Source: Bacteroidota bacterium (GTDB lineage: Bacteria > Bacteroidota > Rhodothermia > Rhodothermales > Rubricoccaceae). Taken from it: DNA of 51,727 nucleotides. The translations under genes and the position numbers were made by a program. Positions 40,487 to 49,673 of the stretch are shown in pieces; the first letter of the stretch is position 1, and each line of letters begins with the position of its first letter. Below the pieces are notes generated by a model, which was given only the letters and a program-made list of their open reading frames with translations, was not told where the DNA came from and searched no databases. The stretch covers positions 1 through 51,727 of the forward strand of contig JBCBZH010000001.1 in NCBI GenBank assembly GCA_039815415.1, in the 5' to 3' direction.

Positions 40487-41107
40487 CTACATCAGAACCG
40501 AGGCCAGGCCCGAGTAGAAGCGGAACCGCTTGGGGTCGACGCGGTGCCGGACGGGGGTGACCGGGCGCTCGCCTTCGGCCCATCGGGGGGCTCGTCGGCC
40601 GACCATGGACTGCTCGCTGTAGAAGTGGCGTGTGGTCTTGGGGAAGGGGCGCTCGGAGGAGGGCGCGTAGTAGACGTTGTGCGCCACTTCGAGAGCCTGC
40701 TGGAAGCTGGCGGAGTTGCTGGCGGGCGTCAGCGTGGTGAAGAGGCGGCGCTTGGAGGAACCGGGGTTGAAGGCGCTGAACTGATACGGATCCAGCACCA
40801 CGCCTTCATAGGTGGACCGGCCCCGGTAGCTCGTCTCCACCCGGTTGCGGACCACCCAGGCGACCAAGTCTTGCTCGTACTCGCGCTTGGTCTCGGAGTA
40901 AATGCACCGAGCAAGCCACAGCACGTCGTCGCTGACGTGGGCGGGGTCGAAGGCCGGAACCGCATCGGAGACCATGGCCGTCGGAAGCGGAGTCTGCGCC
41001 AGCTCGTCGTCGGAGGTCGACGTGGAGAAGGCGAGGGTGAGAAGGGGAAGAAGGGCAGCGAGAACGACGGTCATCGTCATCGCAGCGTTCTTGCCAATTC
41101 GCGGCAT
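40487..41107 (-). CDS. SleB/CwlJ-like cell wall hydrolase domain protein
   Basis: Signal-like N-terminus and a conserved-looking block (ARCIYSETKREYEQDLVAWVVRNRV ... QFSAFN). The start is uncertain: ATG 41107 is chosen, and ATG 41158 is also possible. Confidence 0.6.
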   Translation of the reverse strand: MPRIGKNAAMTMTVVLAALLPLLTLAFSTSTSDDELAQTPLPTAMVSDAVPAFDPAHVSDDVLWLARCIYSETKREYEQDLVAWVVRNRVETSYRGRSTYEGVVLDPYQFSAFNPGSSKRRLFTTLTPASNSASFQQALEVAHNVYYAPSSERPFPKTTRHFYSEQSMVGRRAPRWAEGERPVTPVRHRVDPKRFRFYSGLASVLM

Positions 41108-41361
41108 ACGGGGACTCTGTTGGGAGCAAAAAGCGCGTGTCGTTGCGCGGGGTGCCAAAACAATACCCGGCCAGTGAAGGGACCGGGGAGAGGCGTTGCG
41201 CCGGGCGTGAAGTCGCGGAAAAGCCTCGATTCACGTTTGAATGGCAGACTGTGAAGGCGGGCCTCCACACGAGCTTCGAGAGTCACAATCCGGTGCCAGG
41301 GGTGCCTCAGGGCGTATTGTCTACCCATCCGGGCACCGTCGTCTCCATCTCCCGACACTGA

Positions 41362-42555
41362 ATGCTCCGCATCGTCGCTGACGCCAACATCCCCGCAGCT
41401 CGGGATGCCTTCGCCCCGTTTGGCGAGGTGCGCCTGATGCCAGGCCGCGAGATCACGCGCGCCGCTCTTCAGGCCGCTGACGTGCTGCTGGTCCGCAGCG
41501 TCACCCGTGTGGATGCCGCGCTGGTAGAGGGCACCCCGGTTCGGTTCGTTGGGACCGCGACTGCAGGCACCGATCACGTGGACGCAGAAGCGCTTCGCCA
41601 GCTCGAGATCGCGGTTGCCTCTGCGCCGGGCTCCAATGCGACCTCGGTGGTCGAATACGTGCTGGCGGCGCTGCTCGGGCTGGCGGCGGACCGAGGCGTC
41701 GGGCTGGCAGGGCGGACGCTCGGCGTGGTCGGCGTGGGGCAGGTGGGGAGCCGGTTGATCCCTCGGGCTCGGGCGCTCGGGATGGAGATCGTCGCCTCGG
41801 ATCCGCCTCTGGCTGAGGCTGGTGGCCGCCCCGGCGTGGATCTGGTCGGGCTGGCGGAGGTGCTGCACCACGCCGACATCCTGACGCTTCACACGCCCCT
41901 GTCTACCCCGGAGACCTCGGCGTACCCGACGCTCGGGAGGATCGGGGCGGAGGCGATCCACGCCCTGCGCCCCGGCGCGTGGCTGGTCAACGCCGCGCGT
42001 GGGCGCATCGTGGACGGTCCCGCGCTTGCAGAGGCTCTGGGGACTCGCCAGCTCGAGGCCGCCGTGCTGGACGTGTGGCCGACCGAGCCCTCGCCCGATC
42101 CGGAGTTGGTGGCCCAAGTCGATCTGGCGACGCCGCACATCGCGGGCTATTCGTTCGATGGCAAGGTGGCCGGGACGCGCCAGCTCGAGGCGGCCCTTCG
42201 CGCCTGGGTGGGCGACCCGCCCTCGCCGTGGGACGCCAGCCCGACGCTCGCGTCATCGGGTCCGCTCCTCGCCGAGGCGCCGCCTGCTGCTGGGGATCTC
42301 GCCGATCCGGTCCAGCAAGCCGCGTGGCTCGATGGCCTCGTGCGCCAGGCCTACGACGTGCGCGCCGACGACGCCCGGTTCCGGGCGGCGATGCACACCG
42401 AAGATCGGGCCTCGGCGTTCACGGCCCTGCGCAAGACCTACCCCGTCCGGCGCGAGTGGGCCCGCACCACCGTGCGTGGGAGCATCCCTGAGCCTCTCCG
42501 CGACGCCGTCCGAATCGGGCTGGCGTTTGGGAAGGCGGCAGACGGTAGACGGTAG
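41362..42555 (+). CDS. pdxB: Erythronate-4-phosphate dehydrogenase
   Basis: The N-terminus MLRIVADANIPAARDAFAPFGEVRLMPGREI matches the PdxB pattern. NAD-binding GVVGVGQVGSRL and a C-terminal PdxB dimerisation-type extension. Confidence 0.8.
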   Translation: MLRIVADANIPAARDAFAPFGEVRLMPGREITRAALQAADVLLVRSVTRVDAALVEGTPVRFVGTATAGTDHVDAEALRQLEIAVASAPGSNATSVVEYVLAALLGLAADRGVGLAGRTLGVVGVGQVGSRLIPRARALGMEIVASDPPLAEAGGRPGVDLVGLAEVLHHADILTLHTPLSTPETSAYPTLGRIGAEAIHALRPGAWLVNAARGRIVDGPALAEALGTRQLEAAVLDVWPTEPSPDPELVAQVDLATPHIAGYSFDGKVAGTRQLEAALRAWVGDPPSPWDASPTLASSGPLLAEAPPAAGDLADPVQQAAWLDGLVRQAYDVRADDARFRAAMHTEDRASAFTALRKTYPVRREWARTTVRGSIPEPLRDAVRIGLAFGKAADGRR

Positions 42556-42585
42556 ACGGTTTGTCAGCTGGTGTCTCACACATAA

Positions 42586-42702
42586 GCCGTCATCCCGAAC
42601 CGCAAGGTCGGCGAAGCCAACTTGATCCGGGATCCACGGATGAGCTAGAACGTGGATTGGTAAAAACCGGCCTTCGGCTCCCGCCTGCGCGGGAATGACG
42701 GC
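42586..42702. repeat. Palindromic REP/MITE-like element (GCCGTCATCCCG ... CGGGAATGACGGC) between convergent pdxB and era
   Basis: Terminal inverted repeats and an inner hairpin ATCCACG...CGTGGAT read directly. A copy of the 13-mer motif follows 18 nt later. Confidence 0.75.
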
Positions 42703-42746
42703 ATGGAGATGTAGTCGCCCCGAGCTGGCGCGGCCTCTTTGACGGT

Positions 42747-43745
42747 CTACTGCCCGAAGCCGTACTCCCGGAGGTGGCCGTCCTTGTTGCGCCAGTCGGC
42801 CCGCGTCTTGACGTAGAGCTGGAGAAACACGCCACGCCCCAGGAAGGCCTCGATCTCGGTGCGTGCCGCCTGCCCGAGCCGTTTGAGCGCGGCGCCGCCC
42901 TTGCCAATCAGAATCGCCTTCTGGGAATCCCGCTCCACCACGATGTCGCAGGCGATGAAGTCCTTGCGGCCCTCGCGCTCCTCGAACGTCACCACTACAG
43001 CCTGGGTGGAGTAGGGCACCTCATCGCGGAACTGGTGGAAGACGGCCTCGCGGACGATCTCGCCGATAAAGAAGCGCTCGGGGTGTTCCGAGAGCTGGTC
43101 GGTCGGGTAGTACGGCGGGCCTTCCGGGAGCCGGTCCAGGATGAGGCGCAGCAGCGTGTCCACGCCCGTGCCGTTGAGAGCGGAGATGGGGACGATCTCT
43201 TCGAAGATGCGGCCCTCCCCCAGGACGGCATCGTAGGCCTCCACCAGAGGCAGCGCGTCCGTGGATTGTCCGAGCCGATCCACCTTGTTGACCGCCAGAA
43301 AGATCGGGTTGGGGAACGTCTGGAGGCGCTCCAGCGCGGCCTCGGCATCGTGCGTGACGCGGGTGTCGGTGGCATCCGCCAGCACGACGGCCACGTCGGC
43401 GTCGGAGAGGGAGCGGTCCACGTCGCGCATCATGTGATCGTGGAGGCGGTAGCGGGGGCGCACCACGCCGGGCGTGTCCAGGAACACGATCTGGTGTGGC
43501 GGGCGACCCTCGGGCGGATTGGTCTCCGAGAGAATGCCGAGCACGCGGTTGCGCGTGGTGGAGGGGCGCGGCGAGACGATGGACAGCTTCGTGCCCAGCA
43601 GCCGGTTGAGCAGCGTGGACTTGCCCACGTTCGGGGCACCCACCAGCGCGACGTAGCCGCTCCGGTGGCCGTCCGGGACCGCGCCGGACATCAGCAGCTC
43701 GGCGCCGGGGACGTTTGCGAGCGGGTCGTCGGGAGACTCAGACAT
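42747..43745 (-). CDS. era: GTPase Era
   Basis: G1 motif GAPNVGKSTLLN, plus DTPG and NKVD, and a C-terminal KH domain. The start is set at ATG 43745. Confidence 0.9.
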   Translation of the reverse strand: MSESPDDPLANVPGAELLMSGAVPDGHRSGYVALVGAPNVGKSTLLNRLLGTKLSIVSPRPSTTRNRVLGILSETNPPEGRPPHQIVFLDTPGVVRPRYRLHDHMMRDVDRSLSDADVAVVLADATDTRVTHDAEAALERLQTFPNPIFLAVNKVDRLGQSTDALPLVEAYDAVLGEGRIFEEIVPISALNGTGVDTLLRLILDRLPEGPPYYPTDQLSEHPERFFIGEIVREAVFHQFRDEVPYSTQAVVVTFEEREGRKDFIACDIVVERDSQKAILIGKGGAALKRLGQAARTEIEAFLGRGVFLQLYVKTRADWRNKDGHLREYGFGQ

Positions 43746-43841
43746 AACAGAGGGGACGAGCTGGCACACCGCCAGCCCGTCCCCAAAGATCGTCACGGTT
43801 GGGAACCATGACGGGAGATGCCCGCTCAGGGAGCAGGTGTC

Positions 43842-45983
43842 TCAGCAGCCGCCCATGGTGGCGCCTTGAGTCTGAGCAAATCCCGTCAGGAAGGGGGGAA
43901 CGTAAACGCTCATGTTCATCGTTGTGTAGTCCGCCGGTCCCAGGCCGGCCAGGTCGGCCGGCGTGAGGTTGTGGAGGTCCTCCGGAGGCACGCCAATGGG
44001 AACGGGAATCGGCGCGCACATCAGCGACCACGACCCATCGGGCGGCCCAGCCCCGAAGGGGTTAAGGGGGCTGTCGCCCAGTGGGGGCACCGGACCGGGC
44101 GCTCCCGTGGTGTCGGGAGTGCTGCCGGCTCGGAACTCCTCGGCGGAGACGTGCCGGACAGACGTGCCGAGCTGCGTCACCTGGTTGCCCACGAAGCCCA
44201 GCCGGTCCGCGAGGCGCGTGATGTTGGGGATGTTGATCGTGATCGAGGCCCCGCTCAGATCTAGCTTGGTGCCGAACGAGCCGTTGGCGAGGATGTCGGC
44301 CTCCCACGCCGCCAGCTGGGCCAGGTGCTGGTTCCACTCGGCGCCCTCGTTGATGTGCCAGTACATCGCCGCCTCATACACAGGGCTGCCGTTGCGAACG
44401 AGCTGCACCGTCAGCGCGCCCTTGCGCTGGGTGTCCTGTCCCACGCAGATCGGCCACGGAGCGTCGCACCCGGCCTCGGTGTCGAAGAGCCGCTTAAGTG
44501 ACGGGAGGCTACGGACGTCGAGGGTAAAGCTCTCCAGCTCGTTGGCAGGGAAGGAGGGCGTCGTGAATTCGTTGCCCTGCCTGAAGTCTGCGGGGAAGCC
44601 GGAGCGGACGGGTCCTTCGACGAGCGGCTCGCCAGTGAGCTGGAGAGTGTAGTACGCGTGTCCATGCTTGCCCGCGTTCTTGAAGCGGAGCTGGACGGGG
44701 TCGCTGCCGAGCCCATCGAGCGTCTGCTGGAAGATCAGTGCGGCGTCCTGGTTCTTCGAGGCGTCAGCGTCGTTGACGAACCGGACCATGCGGAGGCCGC
44801 TGGCCACGTCCGCACTTGGGAGGTCGTCAAACTTGTGCGTGTGCTCGTAGAAGGGAACCGTGCCCCAGGACGACCAGGTCGGGTTCGGGCTGGTGAGGCC
44901 GAACGGGGTGCTCCAGGAGCCCGTCGGGTCGCGCAGCACGGTCACGTCCATGTGGCCGAACTGGGGAGCGGCCTCCTGGTTGACCACCAGCGCTCCATTG
45001 ATGGTCGCCGTGCCCTTGAGCTCCACCGCCAGCGCGTCCTCGTCCGAGCGGACGACCACCAGCCCGTCCCACTCGAGCTGGCCGCCCACCTCCACCACGA
45101 GGTCGCCATCGACGGCCAGCACGCCCTCGCCATCCACGCGGCCCGTCGAGGTCACCGTCAGCGGACCCGTCACGTGCGTGATGGTCGTCGGGCCGTTCCA
45201 CGCCACCGGACCCGAGACCGTGTAGGGCGTGCCCGGGGTGACAGGCGAAAGCGTCCGGTCGGAGGCGTTCTTGACGCCGATGATGGTCTGGTAGAGGTCC
45301 TCGGCGTTCTCGACGTTGAGGTCGTCGAGCAGCGAGCCCGCGCCGAGCAGCGCGTTCTTGGCCGTGTTCTTCAGGCCGTCGGAGATCTGGAGGGCCGCGC
45401 CCGAGAGGGCGGTCTGGAGCTGCGTCTGCATCGTTCCGAACGAGAGCAGGCCGCCCAACTCGTTGTACTTCGTGCGGTCGAGGTGCGCGTTGAGCGTCAC
45501 GTTGACGCCTGCGATGTCTGCGTTGCCGTCGATGGACGCGGCCGGGCTGCCCGCCGTGGTGGCGTAGGGGACATCGAGCCAGATGGGACCCGGGAAGTCC
45601 ATCGGATCGAACTCGTACGAGCTGGCGAGCACGTGCTGGGTCACGCTCGCTCCCGAGCCGTAGAGGCCGCTGACGACGATGTCGGCGCGGCGGCCGCCGT
45701 TGTAGGAGCGGAAGCTATCGGCCTGGTAAAAGCCTCCGTTGTAGGCCCGTGGGTCGCTCCCGAAGCTGGCGAAGAACTGGACATCGGACATGAATCCGTT
45801 GTCACTGACGGCCGCCGCCAGCGCGACGCCCTGGCCGCTCTCGGCGATCTGGCGTGCGAGGACGCTGGCCTGCCCCTCAGCGCGGTCCTGTGCGGTGAGG
45901 CCGGCGGTGCGGCGCATGTTGAGCGTCAGCAGAGATCCGCCGAGGATGGCGGAGAGGACGATCAGGAGGGTGTACTTGCCCAT
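43842..45983 (-). CDS. Large PilX/GspK-like (minor-pilin-like N-terminus) protein of unknown function
   Basis: 713 aa. A short N-terminus and hydrophobic helix (MGKYTLLIVLSAILGGSLLTL) is followed by an Ala-rich segment (AEGQASVLARQIAESG), as in the PilX N-terminal domain. The rest is beta-rich with no motif I can name. Confidence 0.45.
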   Translation of the reverse strand: MGKYTLLIVLSAILGGSLLTLNMRRTAGLTAQDRAEGQASVLARQIAESGQGVALAAAVSDNGFMSDVQFFASFGSDPRAYNGGFYQADSFRSYNGGRRADIVVSGLYGSGASVTQHVLASSYEFDPMDFPGPIWLDVPYATTAGSPAASIDGNADIAGVNVTLNAHLDRTKYNELGGLLSFGTMQTQLQTALSGAALQISDGLKNTAKNALLGAGSLLDDLNVENAEDLYQTIIGVKNASDRTLSPVTPGTPYTVSGPVAWNGPTTITHVTGPLTVTSTGRVDGEGVLAVDGDLVVEVGGQLEWDGLVVVRSDEDALAVELKGTATINGALVVNQEAAPQFGHMDVTVLRDPTGSWSTPFGLTSPNPTWSSWGTVPFYEHTHKFDDLPSADVASGLRMVRFVNDADASKNQDAALIFQQTLDGLGSDPVQLRFKNAGKHGHAYYTLQLTGEPLVEGPVRSGFPADFRQGNEFTTPSFPANELESFTLDVRSLPSLKRLFDTEAGCDAPWPICVGQDTQRKGALTVQLVRNGSPVYEAAMYWHINEGAEWNQHLAQLAAWEADILANGSFGTKLDLSGASITINIPNITRLADRLGFVGNQVTQLGTSVRHVSAEEFRAGSTPDTTGAPGPVPPLGDSPLNPFGAGPPDGSWSLMCAPIPVPIGVPPEDLHNLTPADLAGLGPADYTTMNMSVYVPPFLTGFAQTQGATMGGC

Positions 45984-46028
45984 GGTAGGAGGGGCTTGGT
46001 GGTCGAATCGGAGCGGTGCCGCGCCGAG

Positions 46029-46925
46029 CTAGAGGTCGAGGCCTGAGAAGTCTGGGGGGGGCGGAGTGTTGCCGGGTCCGCCCCCGCCGCCTCCGCCGCC
46101 GTCGTCGTCATCGTCGTCCCCTTGAGGGCTCCCCGGGTTTCCAGTGCCCGGTGGCGGTGGCGGGGGCGGCGGGCTGATGCCGGGGAACCGGGGGATCTCA
46201 ACGGTGCCGCCCGGGGGGGCCACCGCGCTGGCGTCGCCGGTGGAGGTGGCGTTGACGTTGCGGACGGTGATGGCCTGCTGGGTGGCGTTGGTCAGCGTGG
46301 TGGCGGCCAGGTCCCCCGTCTTCTGGCCGACCGGGGCCTCCGCCGCCGTAATCGCGATGTCGACGGAGACAGGCGGAGTCCCAATCCGGTCATCCGAGGT
46401 GCTCGATCCGTCTACGGTGTTGGCGCGAAGCGAGAAACGGGTCAGGTTGGCGTTGCTCCCACCGCGCCGCACCCAGTCTGCCGCGCCGGGCTCGTAGACG
46501 TAGCGGTGTACACGGTAGAGGGCCTGCCGAACGCCGCCGATGGTCACCGAGTCGCCCGTAGCGACGGCTTCGTAGCCGACGGCCAGAAGACCAGACGAGA
46601 TGCCGGCATCCGGGTCGGCGAGCGTCACAAGCTCGATCCGGTCGGTGTGCGTGTCGGTGCCGTAGATCCCAAAGGCCCGGTTGCCCCAGTTGCCAATCGA
46701 ATCGGGAGCCCACGATCCCAGGCCAGTCGTGATCTGACGGCTGGTGCGGGCATTCTCGAGGTCGCGGGTCAGCGTGCTCAGGAACGAGGCCGTCTGCGTT
46801 TCGGCGCGGTGCCGGATGGTGTTCTCCACCGCCGACTGTTGGCCGCGATGCTGAATGAAGAGCAGCGCACCGAGAAGCGTTGCGCCGACGAGAATGGCGA
46901 TCAGGTGATCGAAGATGAAGGCCAT
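46029..46925 (-). CDS. PilW-like (minor-pilin-like) protein with a Pro/Asp/Gly homopolymer C-terminal tail
   Basis: The N-terminal helix MAFIFDHLIAILVGATLLGALLFIQ is followed by a ...FLSTLTRDLENAR pattern reminiscent of PilW. The C-terminus contains PPPPPPPP, DDDDDD and GGGGGGGG. Confidence 0.45.
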   Translation of the reverse strand: MAFIFDHLIAILVGATLLGALLFIQHRGQQSAVENTIRHRAETQTASFLSTLTRDLENARTSRQITTGLGSWAPDSIGNWGNRAFGIYGTDTHTDRIELVTLADPDAGISSGLLAVGYEAVATGDSVTIGGVRQALYRVHRYVYEPGAADWVRRGGSNANLTRFSLRANTVDGSSTSDDRIGTPPVSVDIAITAAEAPVGQKTGDLAATTLTNATQQAITVRNVNATSTGDASAVAPPGGTVEIPRFPGISPPPPPPPPGTGNPGSPQGDDDDDDGGGGGGGGPGNTPPPPDFSGLDL

Positions 46926-46937
46926 GGCAGGGAGGGG

Positions 46938-47471
46938 CTAGCGGTATGCGGCCTGTGTGGATGGGGTGGCAACCTGGCGGAGCCGGGCGCCGATAGGGGG
47001 CGTGCCGACGAAGCCCACCGGAGCGGCGAAGACGGTGATCGTCACTTCTTTCGCGATGGTCTGGACACCCGCCGAAAGCGTGCTGTCCGGGTTGGCGGGG
47101 TCCACGTAGCGGACCGAGACCGAATCGGTGAAGGCGAGGTCCTCGCCCTCCCAGGGCCGCGTGACCGAGGTGGTGACGGTGTGGTAATCATCGATATCGT
47201 CGAAGGCCCCTTCGTCGGGCTCGTCAGGGTCTGCAGTCCCGATGGTGGAGAGGCCAGCGGCAGAGGACCGCGTGCCTTCCCGGCCGATATCCACCTCGTC
47301 GAACGCGTTGGCGAGGACCTCCGAGAGACGCTGCGTGGCGATGTCCGTAGCCGCCAGCTCCATCTCTGCCGTGATCGCGACACGCTCGAACTCCGCCTCC
47401 ACATTGTGGCGCGTGAGCATGTAGATCGAGAAGGCGAGCAGAGCCGCAAGGGCCAGAATCGTTTGCTGCAT
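46938..47471 (-). CDS. PilV-like (minor-pilin-like) small protein
   Basis: The N-terminal helix MQQTILALAALLAFSIYML is followed by an acidic beta-rich domain. The start is set at ATG 47471. An upstream in-frame ATG at 47528 would add a leader ending in Gly directly before MQQT. Confidence 0.4.
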   Translation of the reverse strand: MQQTILALAALLAFSIYMLTRHNVEAEFERVAITAEMELAATDIATQRLSEVLANAFDEVDIGREGTRSSAAGLSTIGTADPDEPDEGAFDDIDDYHTVTTSVTRPWEGEDLAFTDSVSVRYVDPANPDSTLSAGVQTIAKEVTITVFAAPVGFVGTPPIGARLRQVATPSTQAAYR

Positions 47472-47702
47472 ACCGAGATCGGGGGGAGAGCAGGGAGGGG
47501 GAAAGCCCTCACCAGATCCGTTCCCCAAGCCCCGAAATCGGCTTCACGGTGCTCTCTCCGTCATGCCGCCATGCCAGATGCGGCCTCCTGTCGTCTCAAA
47601 ACGACTGTCTCAGTCTCAGAATGAGCCCTCCAGCCGCAGGGGCTCCAGAGTCCTCGGCCTCCCGGTCTCACTCTGGAGCGGTCGAAAATCACCCGTGCTC
47701 GG

Positions 47703-48470
47703 TCATTTCTGCCCGCCCAGTACAGCGAGATACGCCCGAACGGCACTCGCCAGCCCGAGGCCAAGCGCGTCCGCAATGAGGGCCTGGCCGATGGAGACCT
47801 CGTCCACATGGGGCACGGCATCGAGGAACGCTCCGAGGTTCTCGAGATCGAGGTCGTGCCCGGCGTTGACCGCCAGCCCGGCGTCCTGGGCCGCATGGGC
47901 GGCATCGCGATGGCGAGCCAGCCACTCGGCGGCCTCGCCGCGTGCGAAGGCCCAGGCGTACGGCCCGGTGTACAGCTCCACCCGGTCGGCGCCGGTCTCG
48001 GCTGCCCGGGCCATCGAGCTGGCGTCGGGGTCCATGAACAGGCTCACCCGGCACCCGGCTGCGTGGAGGCGTTCGATGATCGGCACGAGGCGGTCGCCGT
48101 CGCGCTCCAGGTCCCAGCCGTGGTCGCTCGTGAGCTGGCCTGCGGCGTCCGGGACGAGCGTGGCCTGCGTGGGCTGGGTCGCTTCGCAGAGCGGGATGAA
48201 GCCGGGGTAGGCATAGCCGCCGGTCTGGCCGGGTGGCGCGAGGGGGTTGCCCTCCACGTTGAGCTCGGTGCCGGTCTCCGTCGCCAGCTCGGCGAGGGCC
48301 TGCACGTCGGCGGCGCGGGCGTGGCGGCCATCCGGGCGTGGGTGGAGCGTGAGGCCGGCTGCCCCAGCGTCCAGACAGATCCGTCCAGCCCGTACGACAT
48401 TCGGGCGGCTGCCACCACGGGCGTTTCGTAAGAGAGCCACTTTGTTGAGGTTGACGCTCAGGAGTGTCAT
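47703..48470 (-). CDS. pdxJ: Pyridoxine 5'-phosphate synthase
   Basis: MTLLSVNLNKVALLRNARG..., plus HPRPDGRH and EVSIGQALI blocks typical of PdxJ. Confidence 0.85.
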   Translation of the reverse strand: MTLLSVNLNKVALLRNARGGSRPNVVRAGRICLDAGAAGLTLHPRPDGRHARAADVQALAELATETGTELNVEGNPLAPPGQTGGYAYPGFIPLCEATQPTQATLVPDAAGQLTSDHGWDLERDGDRLVPIIERLHAAGCRVSLFMDPDASSMARAAETGADRVELYTGPYAWAFARGEAAEWLARHRDAAHAAQDAGLAVNAGHDLDLENLGAFLDAVPHVDEVSIGQALIADALGLGLASAVRAYLAVLGGQK

Positions 48471-48583
48471 GGGAAGCACTGGTGAGGGGGGCGAGCGCCA
48501 GGAGTCTAGATCCAGGGCGCGCGTTTCGGCCCGATCTGTGCACGCGTCCCCAGTATCTTCACCGCCGTTCTCCCCCCACCACC

Positions 48584-49087
48584 ATGACTGACGCTCCGAG
48601 CCTTACCCACGTAGACGACCACGGCCGCGCCCGCATGGTCGATATCAGCGCCAAGAGCGCCAGCGCGCGGACAGCCGTTGCCACGGGGCGCGTCAAGATT
48701 GGCGCGGAGGCGCTCGAGCTGGTTCGCGAGAACGCCATCCGCAAGGGCGACGTGCTCTCCGTCGCTCAGGTGGCGGGGGTGATGGGAGCCAAGCAGACGA
48801 GCCGCCTGCTGCCGCTCTGTCACGATGTGCTGCTCCAGAACGTGGAGATCGAGCTGGAGCTGAACGACGCTGAGAACGCCATCGACGTGCGGGCGATCAC
48901 CAAGACGGTGGGGCCGACGGGCGTGGAGATGGAGGCCCTCACGGCAGTGTCCGTGGCTGCACTGACGGTCTACGACATGTGCAAGTCGGTGACGAAGGAC
49001 ATCGAGATCACCGGCGTGCGCCTGCTGGCGAAGTCTGGCGGCCGCTCCGGCGACTACCGCCGCCAGCCCGACGCGCGGACGAACTGA
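48584..49087 (+). CDS. moaC: Cyclic pyranopterin monophosphate synthase accessory protein
   Basis: LTHVDDHGRARMVDIS, LLPLCH and TGVEMEALTAVSVAALTVYDMCK are typical of MoaC. The start is set at ATG 48584. Confidence 0.85.
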   Translation: MTDAPSLTHVDDHGRARMVDISAKSASARTAVATGRVKIGAEALELVRENAIRKGDVLSVAQVAGVMGAKQTSRLLPLCHDVLLQNVEIELELNDAENAIDVRAITKTVGPTGVEMEALTAVSVAALTVYDMCKSVTKDIEITGVRLLAKSGGRSGDYRRQPDARTN

Positions 49088-49092
49088 GGCGA

Positions 49093-49482
49093 ATGCCCAG
49101 GCTCACCGACGAGCTGGTGCGCGACGCCTTCGCTCCGCTCATGGAGCACGGGTTCTCGGGTCCCGACTGGTGGCTGGCTGGAACCGACCAGATGGTGACC
49201 TTCCGGCGTGACGGCGTTGAGGTCCATCTCGAGGTGGAGGATATGGGAACGAACCTCCCCAATGCCTACATCCGCCAGCCCGACGGGAGCGAGTTGTACC
49301 TGACCGACAACTCAGAGTATCCGGCGTTCTCCCGTTTTCTGCGCCTATGGCGTCCATTTCGATGTGGCCGACAGCGCCGTTTAATGGCAAGTCCTCTGAT
49401 GGCAGAGGTCGAGCGTGAGCGAGAGGCTCGTGTTAGGAGACTCGCATTGCTCGCAGAAGCACATCTTCCCAGACTCGCGTAA
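49093..49482 (+). CDS. Hypothetical protein
   Basis: 129-aa ORF starting 5 nt after the moaC stop. No motif recognised. Confidence 0.35.
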   Translation: MPRLTDELVRDAFAPLMEHGFSGPDWWLAGTDQMVTFRRDGVEVHLEVEDMGTNLPNAYIRQPDGSELYLTDNSEYPAFSRFLRLWRPFRCGRQRRLMASPLMAEVEREREARVRRLALLAEAHLPRLA

Positions 49483-49493
49483 GCCTGCCCCTT

Positions 49494-49591
49494 CCTGTCA
49501 TCCTGAGCGGACGCGAAGGATCTCGCCCCAATTGGGCTGCAGGCACCCGAGGAACCAGATCCTTCGTCGCGTCGCTCCTCAGGATGACAGG
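49494..49591. repeat. Palindromic REP/MITE-like element (CCTGTCATCCTGAGCGGACGCGAAGGATCT ... AGATCCTTCGTCGCGTCGCTCCTCAGGATGACAGG)
   Basis: Inverted arms read directly. A 13-mer motif copy follows at 49611-49623. Confidence 0.8.
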
Positions 49592-49673
49592 CAGAGGAGA
49601 ACGAGGGGATCTCGAGCTGGCGAAAGTGGCGGCTCGACCTGCGTATCGTGAGGCGTCCTCGCCCGTTCATGTC

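Noticed and set aside
42541-42560. Tandem GACGGTA x3 at the end of pdxB
   Set aside because: It is only about three units, spans the last codons and the stop, and has no evident consequence.
44658-47624. Two long plus-strand ORFs (462 and 500 aa)
   Set aside because: They are antisense to the three minor-pilin-like genes. They are Arg/Gly/Asp-rich with no hydrophobic core pattern, whereas the minus-strand genes have tidy starts, stops and short spacers.
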